Virus record (IMG/VR): IMGVR_UViG_3300033148_007227 | Span: 1 to 64,000 of that record | Reading direction: 5' to 3' (one strand) | Length of the DNA: 64,000 bases | Origin: a virus | In this document: piece after piece, positions 46,521-56,886 of the stretch | Numbering within the stretch: the first letter of the stretch is position 1 | How the letters are laid out: each line of letters begins with the position of its first letter | Notes under the pieces: model-generated | The model's input: only the letters and a program-made list of their open reading frames with translations | What the model was told of the DNA's origin: nothing | The model's database searches: none | Position numbers and translations under genes: made by a program

Positions 46521-48521
46521 ATGACACAATATATTGAGCCTGGAACTTATATAACTGAGTTGTTTAAACCTCAAGCTGTTATTCCTCCTGGTTTGGGTTT
46601 GAATCTAGTTATTGTAGGAGTAGGGAGTAAACAAAAGTCTATAGTCAATGAGGAAGTTTTGAGAGGAGGAATATATAATGAACTTTTGACTGTGTCCGGT
46701 ACGTCTCCTCATTCAGCTACGTTGGTTAATACTTCAGATCAGAAAAAGGAAAACACAACTATTTATGCTGATGGAATTGCTCTGACTTTGGATCAGTGGC
46801 AGTTTAATTCTGCTACTGAGGTTCAGATTCTTGATGCTTATTTTAATTCAGGAGCTACTTATACAATAGATTATGTAGCGATTGATTCATATATTGATGA
46901 TCTTGATAATGAAATTCAAAGTGTGGATAAGGTGGGTTTGTTTTCTGGAAGTTCAAATTACAAAGAAAATGAGGATTTTCAAATAACAGGTGGTGATATT
47001 GATTGGACAATATTAACTGATGCGGAGTTTACTGGATTAAATACTGAAACTTTTGATGTATCTACCAATAAAAATTTGAAGCTGAGTTTAGATGGAAAAC
47101 CTTCTATAACGATTGATGTTTCTGCGACCGCATCTGATCCTGCAAATGCGACTGCGACTGAGATTGTTACTGACATTAATGCGGCTTTGGTGGCAAGTGG
47201 AGATTATGGAGCTGATTATGGATCGGTTGCTTCTGATGTTGGTGGAAAAGTTAAACTTACTGCTCCAGGTCTTGATCCTTATGTCGGGATCAATTCTATA
47301 ATAACTTTGTTTACCACAACTGATTCTGCTCTTGATACAATTTTTGGTTTGTCTGAAGATGATGCTCCTTATGAGTATAGAGGAACAGGAAAGAGACCTT
47401 TAGCTGGTCAAACATATTTTGTGGATTATAAAATAACTAGACCTAGCTCAGATTATAATAAAGTAAGACAATTTAATAATGATATTGATTTTTACAATGA
47501 CATAGGTTACCCGGCTGAGGGTAATACATTGGCTAATGCGGGAGAGTTGGCTTGGTCAAGAGGTGTTTTAACTCTGTTTGTTGTTCAGGTGGAAGATGCT
47601 GATGATGATGGGGTTTATACAAATTCTGATTTTATTACTGCAATTGATGCTCTTGTGGATGAGAGAGAGGCTACTGATATTGTGGTCTTGAGAAGTAATG
47701 CTACGATAAGAGCAAAGGTGAGAGATGTACTTACAAATGAGAGTGCGCAACTGAAATCAAACTATAAGAGATATTGGTGTGGGATGCCAAGAGGATCATC
47801 TTTGGGAGATGTAGATACTCCTGATACGGCTATTTGGGTGGCCCAGAGAGAGTTTTCTGTCACCCCTGATTCAGTAGCAAGAGGAAGATTTATAGTTATC
47901 TTTCCTTCTGATTTACAACAGACGATTGTTGAGAATACAACAGAAAAAATTCTTGATGTTGATTCTAATTATATGGCTACGATTCTTGCGGCCGAGACTG
48001 TAAGTTTTGAAAATGCAAGTAATAGTCTCTTTGGAAAAACTTTCTCAGGGTTGACAGTTGAAAATAATCTCAGTAAGGCTGATATGAGATTTGCGGCGGC
48101 TAACGGTATAACTTGTGTTTTCCAGGAAGGGGGAGTATTGAAGTTGTTTGATGTTCTTACTACCGATGCTTCCGGGGATGCAAGATATGAAGAACCTTCA
48201 AGCTCTACACAGAAAGATAATTTAGCTTTCAAAATGATTGATGCTATTGATAATAATTTAAAAGGGATAGTACCTGATAATCCTTCAGAATTTGTTGGTA
48301 CTATTAAAGCGGTTGCTGGAGGAGTTATACTTGGAGAAATTGAATCTGGTAATATTGGATACTATACAGATGATGATGGGAATGTGAGAGATATAGATTA
48401 TAATGTTGATCTAGTAGCTTTCAGAGAAGCTGGTGATCCTAGAAATTATCGGTTGAGATACTACTTTAATTTGAGATATGTTGCTAAGAGATTCTTTGGT
48501 GAGTTCACCGTTACGATTTAA
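46521..48521 (+). CDS. Contractile tail sheath protein
   Basis: MTQYIEPGTYITE N-terminus, 666 aa, AANGIT...DVLTTD, YYFNLRYVAKRF C-terminus. Confidence 0.88.
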   Translation: MTQYIEPGTYITELFKPQAVIPPGLGLNLVIVGVGSKQKSIVNEEVLRGGIYNELLTVSGTSPHSATLVNTSDQKKENTTIYADGIALTLDQWQFNSATEVQILDAYFNSGATYTIDYVAIDSYIDDLDNEIQSVDKVGLFSGSSNYKENEDFQITGGDIDWTILTDAEFTGLNTETFDVSTNKNLKLSLDGKPSITIDVSATASDPANATATEIVTDINAALVASGDYGADYGSVASDVGGKVKLTAPGLDPYVGINSIITLFTTTDSALDTIFGLSEDDAPYEYRGTGKRPLAGQTYFVDYKITRPSSDYNKVRQFNNDIDFYNDIGYPAEGNTLANAGELAWSRGVLTLFVVQVEDADDDGVYTNSDFITAIDALVDEREATDIVVLRSNATIRAKVRDVLTNESAQLKSNYKRYWCGMPRGSSLGDVDTPDTAIWVAQREFSVTPDSVARGRFIVIFPSDLQQTIVENTTEKILDVDSNYMATILAAETVSFENASNSLFGKTFSGLTVENNLSKADMRFAAANGITCVFQEGGVLKLFDVLTTDASGDARYEEPSSSTQKDNLAFKMIDAIDNNLKGIVPDNPSEFVGTIKAVAGGVILGEIESGNIGYYTDDDGNVRDIDYNVDLVAFREAGDPRNYRLRYYFNLRYVAKRFFGEFTVTI

Positions 48522-48749
48522 GTGTTTGATGCTGTGTTGGGAGCTTTACAAGATGAATGTTATATTATATGAGAAGATGGAGAATATTCTTTGGCTCCTG
48601 GTTATGAAAACATATCTTTAGAGAAATTAAAAATGAAGATGCTGGAAGTTCCTTTAGTTACTATTTCAGGAAGAAATTTTAAGTTGAGTAACTTAGAAGA
48701 TGTTGTTATTGAGCTTATTATAGAACAAACTATAGACTGGATTATATAA
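48522..48749 (+). pseudogene. Interrupted small ORF between sheath and tube
   Basis: GTG directly after the sheath stop; 75 codons with one in-frame TGA at 48570. Confidence 0.4.
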
Positions 48750-48772
48750 AAATAAAATAGGAGGATAGTAAA

Positions 48773-49249
48773 ATGCCTGAAACTTTTCCAGTAAATAATC
48801 CCCCTGATACTTTGATAAAATCCTCACATGGGATACAAATTAAAGTAAGGGGAGAAACAATCGGAGCTATTGCGTCTTGGAGACCAGCAGATTATTCAAG
48901 GGAGATGAGACACATTTTTGAGTTGAATCCTTTGTCATCTGGTCATCCTATTGATGTGGTTCCTGGGAACCTTGGTGGTTTTACACTTGATGTGGAAAGA
49001 TATGATATCTGGCGTAGAGAGTTTGAAACTATCTTTGGTGGTGATGTAAGCTTGTATGAAGCTCTTGGGAGACAGGATAATCCTTTTGAGATTTATCAGT
49101 ATTTATGGCATCCTGATGGGTTCAAAGAATTGGTAGTATATAGAGGAACTTGGTTTAATCGTGTGGGTAGAGAGTATAGGGCTGATGGAGAAAGGACAGT
49201 TATGGTTAGAGCAGGGTTGACTTTTGTGAGGAGAGATAAAGTGATATAA
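48773..49249 (+). CDS. Tail tube protein
   Basis: 158 aa after sheath; IKVRGETIGAI, VPGN, QDNPFEI, YRGTWF. Confidence 0.85.
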   Translation: MPETFPVNNPPDTLIKSSHGIQIKVRGETIGAIASWRPADYSREMRHIFELNPLSSGHPIDVVPGNLGGFTLDVERYDIWRREFETIFGGDVSLYEALGRQDNPFEIYQYLWHPDGFKELVVYRGTWFNRVGREYRADGERTVMVRAGLTFVRRDKVI

Positions 49250-49305
49250 AACTTTCTTTTTTTTAAGACAAAGCAAACTTTAAAATTAATCAAAGGAGGA
49301 TTGTA

Positions 49306-49833
49306 ATGGGAGACATTTTAAAAGATTTAGGTGAACTGTTTTTGAAGGGTTTTGTGGAAGATGAAGTTGAGATTTCCGGGTTCAAATTCAAATTGAGAAC
49401 TCTTGATGAACAAGAATCTATATGGAGAGATAAATACACTGATCTCTCCATGAATACTTCTTTTTTATCATCCAGGAGAGTTCCTACATTGGCTATATCT
49501 ATTCGGGAAATTAATGGAAAAAAAGTTAAAGATATAGTTGATATTAGTGAAGAAGAAAAGAAGAAGTATGAAGATAAAGAAGATAATTATAAGTATTTGG
49601 TAGCAGAGAAAGTTAAAGATTTTCTTCTTGAAGCTCCTCCTTCATTCATTGATAAACTCTGGTCTAAGTATCAGGAATTGGAAAGTAGATCATCTACGTT
49701 TTTGGGGGATATAAAAGACCCTGAGTTTTTTCGTAAAGAGGGGAAAGGAAAATCCCCTTCTAATGATGAAACTGGAAGTGATGAAGCAAATGAATCTGCT
49801 CCCAACGGAGGAGAGAGTAGGCAAGCTCTCTGA
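49306..49833 (+). CDS. Tail assembly chaperone (G-like)
   Basis: Between tube and tape measure; FKLRTL..E, LAISIREING, IDKLWSKYQEL. Confidence 0.75.
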   Translation: MGDILKDLGELFLKGFVEDEVEISGFKFKLRTLDEQESIWRDKYTDLSMNTSFLSSRRVPTLAISIREINGKKVKDIVDISEEEKKKYEDKEDNYKYLVAEKVKDFLLEAPPSFIDKLWSKYQELESRSSTFLGDIKDPEFFRKEGKGKSPSNDETGSDEANESAPNGGESRQAL

Positions 49834-50230
49834 TTTTCAATGGATAATTTTATATAAATATATTCAGGAAAGAAAAAATAATGAATTGGAAAATTATCTT
49901 ACTATCATTCATAGAGTTCTCGGTACTGATGTTTTGGGAGATGATAAACTGATTCCTCTAACAGCGTTTATGAATGTGGATATGTTCAAAGAATTAATTA
50001 AGCAAAGAGAGATAGATGGAGAAGTGGATTCTGATCTTCTATCAGAAGATATAGACCTGAAAGCTCAACAGATGTTTGAGAGTGATATAGAAGGAGCTTT
50101 TACAGAGGAAGATTGGAAGAAGATGGAAGAATATGAAATGAAGAAAAGAGAAGAATGGGAACGTCTTGAAAAAATAGCAGGAATAAAAGTGATTGAAAAA
50201 GGTGAGGACATAGAAGATGCCTCCGACTAA
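49763..50230 (+). CDS. Tail assembly chaperone second ORF (T-like; probably reached by frameshift)
   Basis: Overlaps the G-like ORF; frame open from 49715; LLPTEERV..LSDFQW. Confidence 0.7.
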   Translation: MMKLEVMKQMNLLPTEERVGKLSDFQWIILYKYIQERKNNELENYLTIIHRVLGTDVLGDDKLIPLTAFMNVDMFKELIKQREIDGEVDSDLLSEDIDLKAQQMFESDIEGAFTEEDWKKMEEYEMKKREEWERLEKIAGIKVIEKGEDIEDASD

Positions 50231-52343
50231 TAAAGAATTACAAGAGCAAATTGAAATTCTTGACCATCTTGGTAGAGTAATGAAAAGTACTACTGGTTCT
50301 GTGGATTCAACTGTTGATGCTACTAATGAATTAGGTGAAAGAATTGAAGATGCTGGAGAGAGAGTTGAAAGGTTAAAAAATAAATTATCTGATCTCAGAA
50401 TAGCTTTTCAACAAGGAGTTGAAGTTAATCAAGAGATGCAGGATGCTATGGAAAATCTTGGTATAAAGTTTAAGACTTTTACAGAAGAAGATATGAAAAA
50501 AATGAAGGATAATATAGATGTATTAAAACAAAGATGGAGTGAATTACCAGAGCATGTAAAAAAGAAAGTTAATGAAATGGAAGCTGAATTGAAGAGGTTG
50601 AGTAGTGGAACTGAAAGTTTAATAAAGAGAGTTGGAAAAATTACAGCAGAAGGAGCAAGAAGTACGGTACAGCAAGTTGGTGCTATAACTCAAAGTGAGA
50701 TATCTAATTTAATTCCTGGTGGTAGGGCAATGATGAAATTTGGAATATGGGGAATATTGCTTGGAGCAGCTTTTGCGGGAGTTGAAAGATTTAGAGCAGA
50801 AAGATCACAAATTGTAAATGAATGGAGAAGAATGACATTTGCAGTAGGTGAAGGTGTTGGTAAAGTTACAGCAGATGTTTCTTCTTTAGGAAGTCAGTTT
50901 GATGCTTTTAGAGAAAAATGGCAATTTGTGATGACTGAAGAACAGATGGTTAAAGTTATGGGTGGAGTAGGTGGAGTTTTGGATCAATTTCAAGGAAATA
51001 TTGGTGGTGTGACAAGTGAAATGGATAATCTTATTATGACTACTACTAATTTAGATTTAGTGATGGGTACTCAATATGGATCAACAGTCAATCAGCTTAC
51101 TAATATGATGACTCAATATAATGTGAATGTGCAGAGAACAGTAGGAAATATGGATAATCTTGCAAGTAAGTTTGAAGATAATATAGGGCCGACAAATTTA
51201 TGGTTGCAGAATGTTATGGATTTACAGTCCAGGTTAGGGTCTCTTGGAAAAGATTTAGGAAGAGTAGGAGAAACTTTAGATATTACAGGTGAAGCTTCTC
51301 AGAGATTGGGTGGTGGTATGACTCAGGCCAGAAAGGCTACTGAAGAAATAATGGGGATTTTTGGAAAAGTTGATATTCCTTTTCAGTATTTATTGGGAGG
51401 AAGGATTGCTGGTGAGGGTGCTGGAGCTATGGAGAGAATTTTTGCTTTTAGAAGACAGGCTAGGTTTGCTGGAATTGAGGGAAAGTTACAACCTGAAATG
51501 TTTATGCAACTCTTGGAAACTGTGGCTCCAGGATTAAGAACAGCTAGAACAGGAGAAGATGTAAGAAAGCAGTTGTTTGCGGCTGAGAAAATGTTGGGAT
51601 TATCTGAAGAAACTACTACCATTCTTGAGGAATTATTTACTACAGCTGAGGACGAACCTAGAAGCAGGAAAGAAATGTTGAAAGCTTTATCTAAGAGTGG
51701 TGATTTGAGTGAATCAATGAAAAGTGATGCTGAAAAATTGAGGAACTCTTTAAAAGAAAATGTGGGGGCAGTTGAAAGAGCTATAGGAGAATTAAAAGAT
51801 ATAATATTTAATCTTTTAGGTTTGATATTAAGTGCTATTCTTGGAGGTATTGCAGTTTTGGCCGCTCCTGACAGAAAGGCTGCCGCTGAAGCTTATATGA
51901 ATATATTGGGAGGGAAAACTAATGTAATTATATCTTCTCTTAAAGGATTAGGAAAGACAGCAGGAGCTTTTCAGATTGTTAAAGATTTGGAAAGGATATA
52001 TGGGGCAGGATCACCTTTAACAGAAGAGGAAGTAAGTGCAATTTGGAAAGAACATGAATCTACTACTCTTGAAGGAAGAGCTAGACCATTGCTTTTTGAC
52101 ATTCCAGAGGGAACAGAAAAGTCCAAATCTCTTTCATCTGCTTTTGAAGCTTTTAGAATGAGAGAAATTGGAGAAGGTCTTAAAAAAAGTAGATTTGATT
52201 TTTATGATGTAACTAAGGAAGGTGGGCAATTAGTAATAAAAGCAAATATTGTAATGGATGAGAATACTTCAAGTAAATTGAGTTCTAAGTTAAATACAAG
52301 TGGAAAAGATTCTGAACCGATTCCATCAGCTCCTACAGAGTAA
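50217..52343 (+). CDS. Tape measure protein
   Basis: 708 aa helical/coiled-coil, Gly/Ala-rich with hydrophobic segments; position. Confidence 0.78.
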   Translation: MPPTNKELQEQIEILDHLGRVMKSTTGSVDSTVDATNELGERIEDAGERVERLKNKLSDLRIAFQQGVEVNQEMQDAMENLGIKFKTFTEEDMKKMKDNIDVLKQRWSELPEHVKKKVNEMEAELKRLSSGTESLIKRVGKITAEGARSTVQQVGAITQSEISNLIPGGRAMMKFGIWGILLGAAFAGVERFRAERSQIVNEWRRMTFAVGEGVGKVTADVSSLGSQFDAFREKWQFVMTEEQMVKVMGGVGGVLDQFQGNIGGVTSEMDNLIMTTTNLDLVMGTQYGSTVNQLTNMMTQYNVNVQRTVGNMDNLASKFEDNIGPTNLWLQNVMDLQSRLGSLGKDLGRVGETLDITGEASQRLGGGMTQARKATEEIMGIFGKVDIPFQYLLGGRIAGEGAGAMERIFAFRRQARFAGIEGKLQPEMFMQLLETVAPGLRTARTGEDVRKQLFAAEKMLGLSEETTTILEELFTTAEDEPRSRKEMLKALSKSGDLSESMKSDAEKLRNSLKENVGAVERAIGELKDIIFNLLGLILSAILGGIAVLAAPDRKAAAEAYMNILGGKTNVIISSLKGLGKTAGAFQIVKDLERIYGAGSPLTEEEVSAIWKEHESTTLEGRARPLLFDIPEGTEKSKSLSSAFEAFRMREIGEGLKKSRFDFYDVTKEGGQLVIKANIVMDENTSSKLSSKLNTSGKDSEPIPSAPTE

Positions 52344-52348
52344 ATACA

Positions 52349-53095
52349 ATGACTGATTTTTTATCTACATATGACACAGATAGTTTATTACGGAATATAC
52401 TGTCAAGAGAAGTTTCACAATACGGGGTTTCCAGAATACCTTTCTGGTTTGGTAGTACAAAGAGTACAGGGATCAGAGTTTCTGATTTGGTTGAGGATGA
52501 AACTTTTAGGATAAATTTTGAAGCTTTGAGAAAGATGCTAAGATTGAAAGTTAATCCTAATTCAATAGAAATAACTCCTTATATAAGATTTGCAGAATCA
52601 AGGACCAATGCAGGAAGGATTTATTATCATTGGGTGAATGAAGAAGGAAAGGCAGTAGATATATATGAAATTTCAATGAGAGGTCAAACAGGAAATCTTT
52701 TGCCAGGAAATGCTGAAGCTAAAAGGAAACTTTATTTGTGGATGAAATTAAGGGAACTTTCTTATGAACCTAGAGTGTTTAAAAGTACAGAAATTACTGA
52801 AGATAGAGTTAGAGTTGGACCTGAATTTCAAACAATTACAAGTGAAAAAACTAAAGAAATAAAAAATGAGTTTTTCATATTTGTTAGAACTGTTAGTTTA
52901 CCGACTCTTATTATGTTTACAGGATTCTTCAAGACTCCAATAGTTATAACAGAAAGAGCAGAGGATCAGTATAACATTGAATGGAGCTTTACTTTTGGAG
53001 TTACTAATGTATATCCAAGATTAGAAACTTTATCTAAGGTAGCTATGATACCTTTTTTCCCACAATTATTGCATAGAGTGTTTGGAGAAACTTGA
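52349..53095 (+). CDS. Tail tube initiator/baseplate protein
   Basis: LKVNPNSI, ISMRGQTG, FTGFF, WSFTF tube-like motifs. Confidence 0.65.
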   Translation: MTDFLSTYDTDSLLRNILSREVSQYGVSRIPFWFGSTKSTGIRVSDLVEDETFRINFEALRKMLRLKVNPNSIEITPYIRFAESRTNAGRIYYHWVNEEGKAVDIYEISMRGQTGNLLPGNAEAKRKLYLWMKLRELSYEPRVFKSTEITEDRVRVGPEFQTITSEKTKEIKNEFFIFVRTVSLPTLIMFTGFFKTPIVITERAEDQYNIEWSFTFGVTNVYPRLETLSKVAMIPFFPQLLHRVFGET

Positions 53096-55035
53096 TGGCT
53101 CTTCAAAGTAAAAATATAGAGCTTAGAGTTTATATTGATGGTGTTAATGTTACAGAAAGATGTACCGGAGTAAGTGGTGTATCTTATCAGTTGAATAATC
53201 CTTCTTATTGTACTATTACTTTAGAATGTCCTGATTTTGATTTTCTTATTACTGAAGAAGATTTACAGAAAATAGATAATGCTAGAAAGACTAAAACTTT
53301 TAATAGTTTAACCTTCAATAATAAGTTTAAAAACTCTTTCTTGCCTGAACTAGCAGAAAAGACTTATGGATCAATAGCTAAAGGTGAAGCTGGTGGAACG
53401 GGTGAAGTAAAACCTAAATTTTTATATAAATTTGGTTTATTTAATCATGTAGTTCCGGTTCGAGCTAACGTAAGAGTTTTTGTTAAAGTAAATGGGATAT
53501 GGTATTATGTTTTTACAGGAGTGGTAAATGGAAGATCATTCACTGTTGATGAAAATGGTAGATATTTTGTTACCTATCAGGTTATAGATGTCTTTTGGTT
53601 CTTGAAGAGATCAACTCAAAGTACTTCTCTAGGAATATATGAACCAGCTAATCTTGTAGAATTTTTCAAAAATTATATAAAAATTGTGTCAAGAAAGACT
53701 AATAATGAAGATAAAGATTTGATAAGGGTTGTAAATGATACAGATGGGATATTTGCTATTCCTAATATTAACTATAGCATTACAAGATTTGGAATTAAGG
53801 AAAGAGAATTTATCCCGGCACTTATTTATACAGTTTATGGGGATGTTCCTTTGGATATATCTAGTTATGGAGATGAAACAGAATCTATTAAAATAGGTGA
53901 AAATATAATTGAAAGGAATACAAATTCTTCTGGTCTTTGGAGTTTGCATCAGATTGAAGTTGGTGTGTTTGGACAAGGTGCTGAAAATTTCAGATCAACT
54001 TTGGATACTCTTTATAGTGGAAGAGGATGGAGAGGAAAAATCAGGACTATTCAGGATTTATCAGTTTGGGATGATATAGTAGGAAATGTAGTGAGAAGGG
54101 AAGATGTAAGGGATTTAGCTGTTGTTGAAAATGAACCTGTTCCTGGTGAAAGTACTTCGATGGATGAGGTTGTTGATATTATTGGAAAAGGAACAAGAAA
54201 CACAGGTCTTTATCCAGCAGGAGGACAAGGACTGAAAATTCTTATGCCTGGCTCATTGACTTCAGAAATTTATAATAAGTTGATCCCTTCTGATATTAAG
54301 AGTGAATCATTGGAATTTCATAATTTTCAAACAAGATTGCAAGCCTTTTCTTGGATTGTTCAGAGAAGGACTGATATGTTTTTCTATAGCAGTCCTAAAG
54401 GACATTTAGTGGTGGAACTTCCTATGTATGATGTAGATCATTATGGAAGAGATGGTTGGAGAATTTTTACAAGAAATGATTGGTCAGGATCATTCTCTGA
54501 TAACGAAAATCTTGATGGTCTTTTTTCAGTAGCAAGGGCTACTCCTCAAGTTGGTGCTGATGATCTTAGTATTGCTGGAAATCCTGCTGTAGTAGATATA
54601 ATTCCTGAAGCTCAAGGAGCAATAAGTGAAGAATTAGTTCATAAGATAGGAGTTAGATATTTGGATAATGATGTTGGGTTTGGTTATATTCCTAATGATT
54701 CGAGGGCTGCTGAAATTAAAGCTAGAATTATTTTAAGTTTAGCTAACAGAAAGTCTTATACTGGAAATGTATCTTTAATTTTTGATCCTAGAATAATGTT
54801 GAATAGACAAGTTCAATTTAAAGAATTAGGAAGAGCAGGATTGGTTACAAGTCAAAGTACGAATTTGATTCCTGAGAATGCTCCTAGTGTAGATGTAAAC
54901 TTGGGATATATGAGACAAAAAGGAGCAAATGGAAAATTTAGTATAGCTTTTGGAACTGAGCTTAAAGATTTGTCTATAGAATATGATAGATTTTTCAACC
55001 CGGAAGTTTTTGATAAACCTAAAGAGGAAAGCTGA
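53092..55035 (+). CDS. Baseplate hub protein
   Basis: RVYIDGV, VFTGVV, FYSSPKGHLVVELP, DPRIMLNR; position. Confidence 0.7.
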   Translation: MMALQSKNIELRVYIDGVNVTERCTGVSGVSYQLNNPSYCTITLECPDFDFLITEEDLQKIDNARKTKTFNSLTFNNKFKNSFLPELAEKTYGSIAKGEAGGTGEVKPKFLYKFGLFNHVVPVRANVRVFVKVNGIWYYVFTGVVNGRSFTVDENGRYFVTYQVIDVFWFLKRSTQSTSLGIYEPANLVEFFKNYIKIVSRKTNNEDKDLIRVVNDTDGIFAIPNINYSITRFGIKEREFIPALIYTVYGDVPLDISSYGDETESIKIGENIIERNTNSSGLWSLHQIEVGVFGQGAENFRSTLDTLYSGRGWRGKIRTIQDLSVWDDIVGNVVRREDVRDLAVVENEPVPGESTSMDEVVDIIGKGTRNTGLYPAGGQGLKILMPGSLTSEIYNKLIPSDIKSESLEFHNFQTRLQAFSWIVQRRTDMFFYSSPKGHLVVELPMYDVDHYGRDGWRIFTRNDWSGSFSDNENLDGLFSVARATPQVGADDLSIAGNPAVVDIIPEAQGAISEELVHKIGVRYLDNDVGFGYIPNDSRAAEIKARIILSLANRKSYTGNVSLIFDPRIMLNRQVQFKELGRAGLVTSQSTNLIPENAPSVDVNLGYMRQKGANGKFSIAFGTELKDLSIEYDRFFNPEVFDKPKEES

Positions 55036-56006
55036 TGGTTGTAGATATTTATAACAGGTTGATAAGAGGTCATATTACATCTGTAGATATAAATAAAAAT
55101 ACTTGTACTGTTTTGTCGGCAGATAAATCAGGAGAATATGAATGTTATTTAAGTCACCCTTTTATAAGTTCTACTTCAGGAATAAGATTTGCTCCAAGAG
55201 GAGGTGAAACTGTATTAGTAAGTTTTTCAGCTATAGGAGTTCCTACGATAGTGGGCTTTATATTGGAACAACAAAAAATAGAAGCTCAAAGAGCAAATAA
55301 AGATAAAGTTTTTTTTAGAGAATTAAAATCTAATGAATTAGTTATATATGGGGGAGCAACTGGAGATAGTGAGATTTATATAGATCAAAATGGTAATATA
55401 CAAATAGGAGCAGGTGTAAGTGTTCTTAATCTTGATCCATTTAGAAGAACTATTGACTTCATTACTGGTTCTTTGAGAGGGTCCACATTGAATGGTGTTA
55501 ATGTAGATATGGGAAATGTGATAAGAGAGATAGCGGGACAGACTCAGGTAATTCCTGAAACCGTAGAATTTAGAGCACACGTTGAAACTAAGGATTTATC
55601 AGTTGTAGATGTAAAGTTTGGAAACGTGATAACTGATTCGGGAATACCTGATGTGAGTAGTAGAGCGCTTCCTAAAGTTTTTAGTTTGGTTACTTATGCA
55701 GGAATAGTTAAGTTAGGAGAAATATATGTGGATCAGGGAGGTTTAATAGAAGTGACTTCCACGAATCAACTGAGTATTGATGCTCCTTTGATTCAGCTAG
55801 GAGGAAATCTTGCTCTTAGTTCTCTGGTAAAAGGAGAAGTATTGAATAGTCAATTAACAGAAATTATAAATATTTTGATTGAAGCTTTAGGAGCATTGAA
55901 ACCAAAAGAGGGTTTTGAGAGTGTTCCTGCAACATTGATTACTCAATTAACTACTCTTTTAGGACAGATACCTTTGAATCTGTCTAGTTCAGTGAAGGTT
56001 AAATAA
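55035..56006 (+). CDS. Baseplate central spike (gpV/gp45-like)
   Basis: OB-fold RGHITSVD...PRGGETVLV, beta-repeat region, IDAPLIQLG, LVKGE. Confidence 0.75.
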   Translation: MVVDIYNRLIRGHITSVDINKNTCTVLSADKSGEYECYLSHPFISSTSGIRFAPRGGETVLVSFSAIGVPTIVGFILEQQKIEAQRANKDKVFFRELKSNELVIYGGATGDSEIYIDQNGNIQIGAGVSVLNLDPFRRTIDFITGSLRGSTLNGVNVDMGNVIREIAGQTQVIPETVEFRAHVETKDLSVVDVKFGNVITDSGIPDVSSRALPKVFSLVTYAGIVKLGEIYVDQGGLIEVTSTNQLSIDAPLIQLGGNLALSSLVKGEVLNSQLTEIINILIEALGALKPKEGFESVPATLITQLTTLLGQIPLNLSSSVKVK

Positions 56007-56510
56007 ATGGCAGTTGAATTTGATGAAAGTGAATTTTTGTGTCTGGTAGATTACTTTGTGAGGGAAGTCAAGAGGGAAGCTTTGCTGGCTCTGAGAAATA
56101 CAGCTATTCTTCTGAAAAGTTTGTTACAGACTTATTTAGTTACAAATATTAATGGTCTTATAGATAGACAACTGGAACAGACTCTAATAAATTTGAAGTT
56201 TGCTAATCCTGTAACTCAGGCTACTGATGATGCTACGAGATATATAAACGAAATTAGAACTTTGATGCCTCCTGATAATATATCTGAATGTGTAGGAGCT
56301 AATCTTATTTTGGAAACTGTCAATATTGCAATGGGATTTGTTTTGAGTTTTAAGTCTTTCTCTGATTCATATTTTAATAGATATAGAATTATATCTTTTG
56401 CTGAGAGTTTAAGAGAAGACCTTTTTAATGATGCTCTTAGCTATTTGGATATTTTAGTGACTATTATAGATGATGCTTTGACTAAGAAAACGGAGGAAGG
56501 ACTTGGCTAA
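56007..56510 (+). CDS. Hypothetical baseplate-region protein
   Basis: Helical ORF coupled between spike and wedge genes. Confidence 0.7.
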   Translation: MAVEFDESEFLCLVDYFVREVKREALLALRNTAILLKSLLQTYLVTNINGLIDRQLEQTLINLKFANPVTQATDDATRYINEIRTLMPPDNISECVGANLILETVNIAMGFVLSFKSFSDSYFNRYRIISFAESLREDLFNDALSYLDILVTIIDDALTKKTEEGLG

Positions 56511-56886
56511 GATTTTTAAAATAACTGATGGTGATCTTGAAAAGGATAGTTTAAAAAGATTGAAAGTTATTACAGGAACAGATATTATTAGACAAGATGT
56601 AAGAGAGATAGTTCTTAATTCTTTATCTCCTGATCTTGTTAGTGAGGATGGGGATGCTTTTTCTGATTTGGTGGAAGGGTTAATAACTTTAAGAATAACA
56701 GCCATGATGGAAAAGTTACAAGACCTCTTTAATCAAACAGATATTGAAAGAGATGAAACTGAAAGAATAAGAGAGATAGATGCTGTGGTTGTAAGAAGAT
56801 CAAAGATTGATCCAAGAACTATGAAATTTTGGATCAGGCTTTTAACATTAAGTGGAACCGAGCAGGAGATTACGGGAGAAGTATAA
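56503..56886 (+). CDS. Baseplate wedge/sheath initiator (gp25/gpW-like)
   Basis: FKITDGDL...ITGTDIIRQD...DPRT; size and position before J. Confidence 0.7.
   Translation: MAKIFKITDGDLEKDSLKRLKVITGTDIIRQDVREIVLNSLSPDLVSEDGDAFSDLVEGLITLRITAMMEKLQDLFNQTDIERDETERIREIDAVVVRRSKIDPRTMKFWIRLLTLSGTEQEITGEV

Noticed and set aside
1435-48749. Stop-codon reassignment (TAA=Gln or TGA=Trp/Gly) suggested by in-frame stops in small ORFs
   Set aside because: Core genes are uninterrupted, use TGG for Trp, and end in TAA/TGA often overlapping the next start; several affected ORFs also have frameshifts, so pseudogenisation explains them
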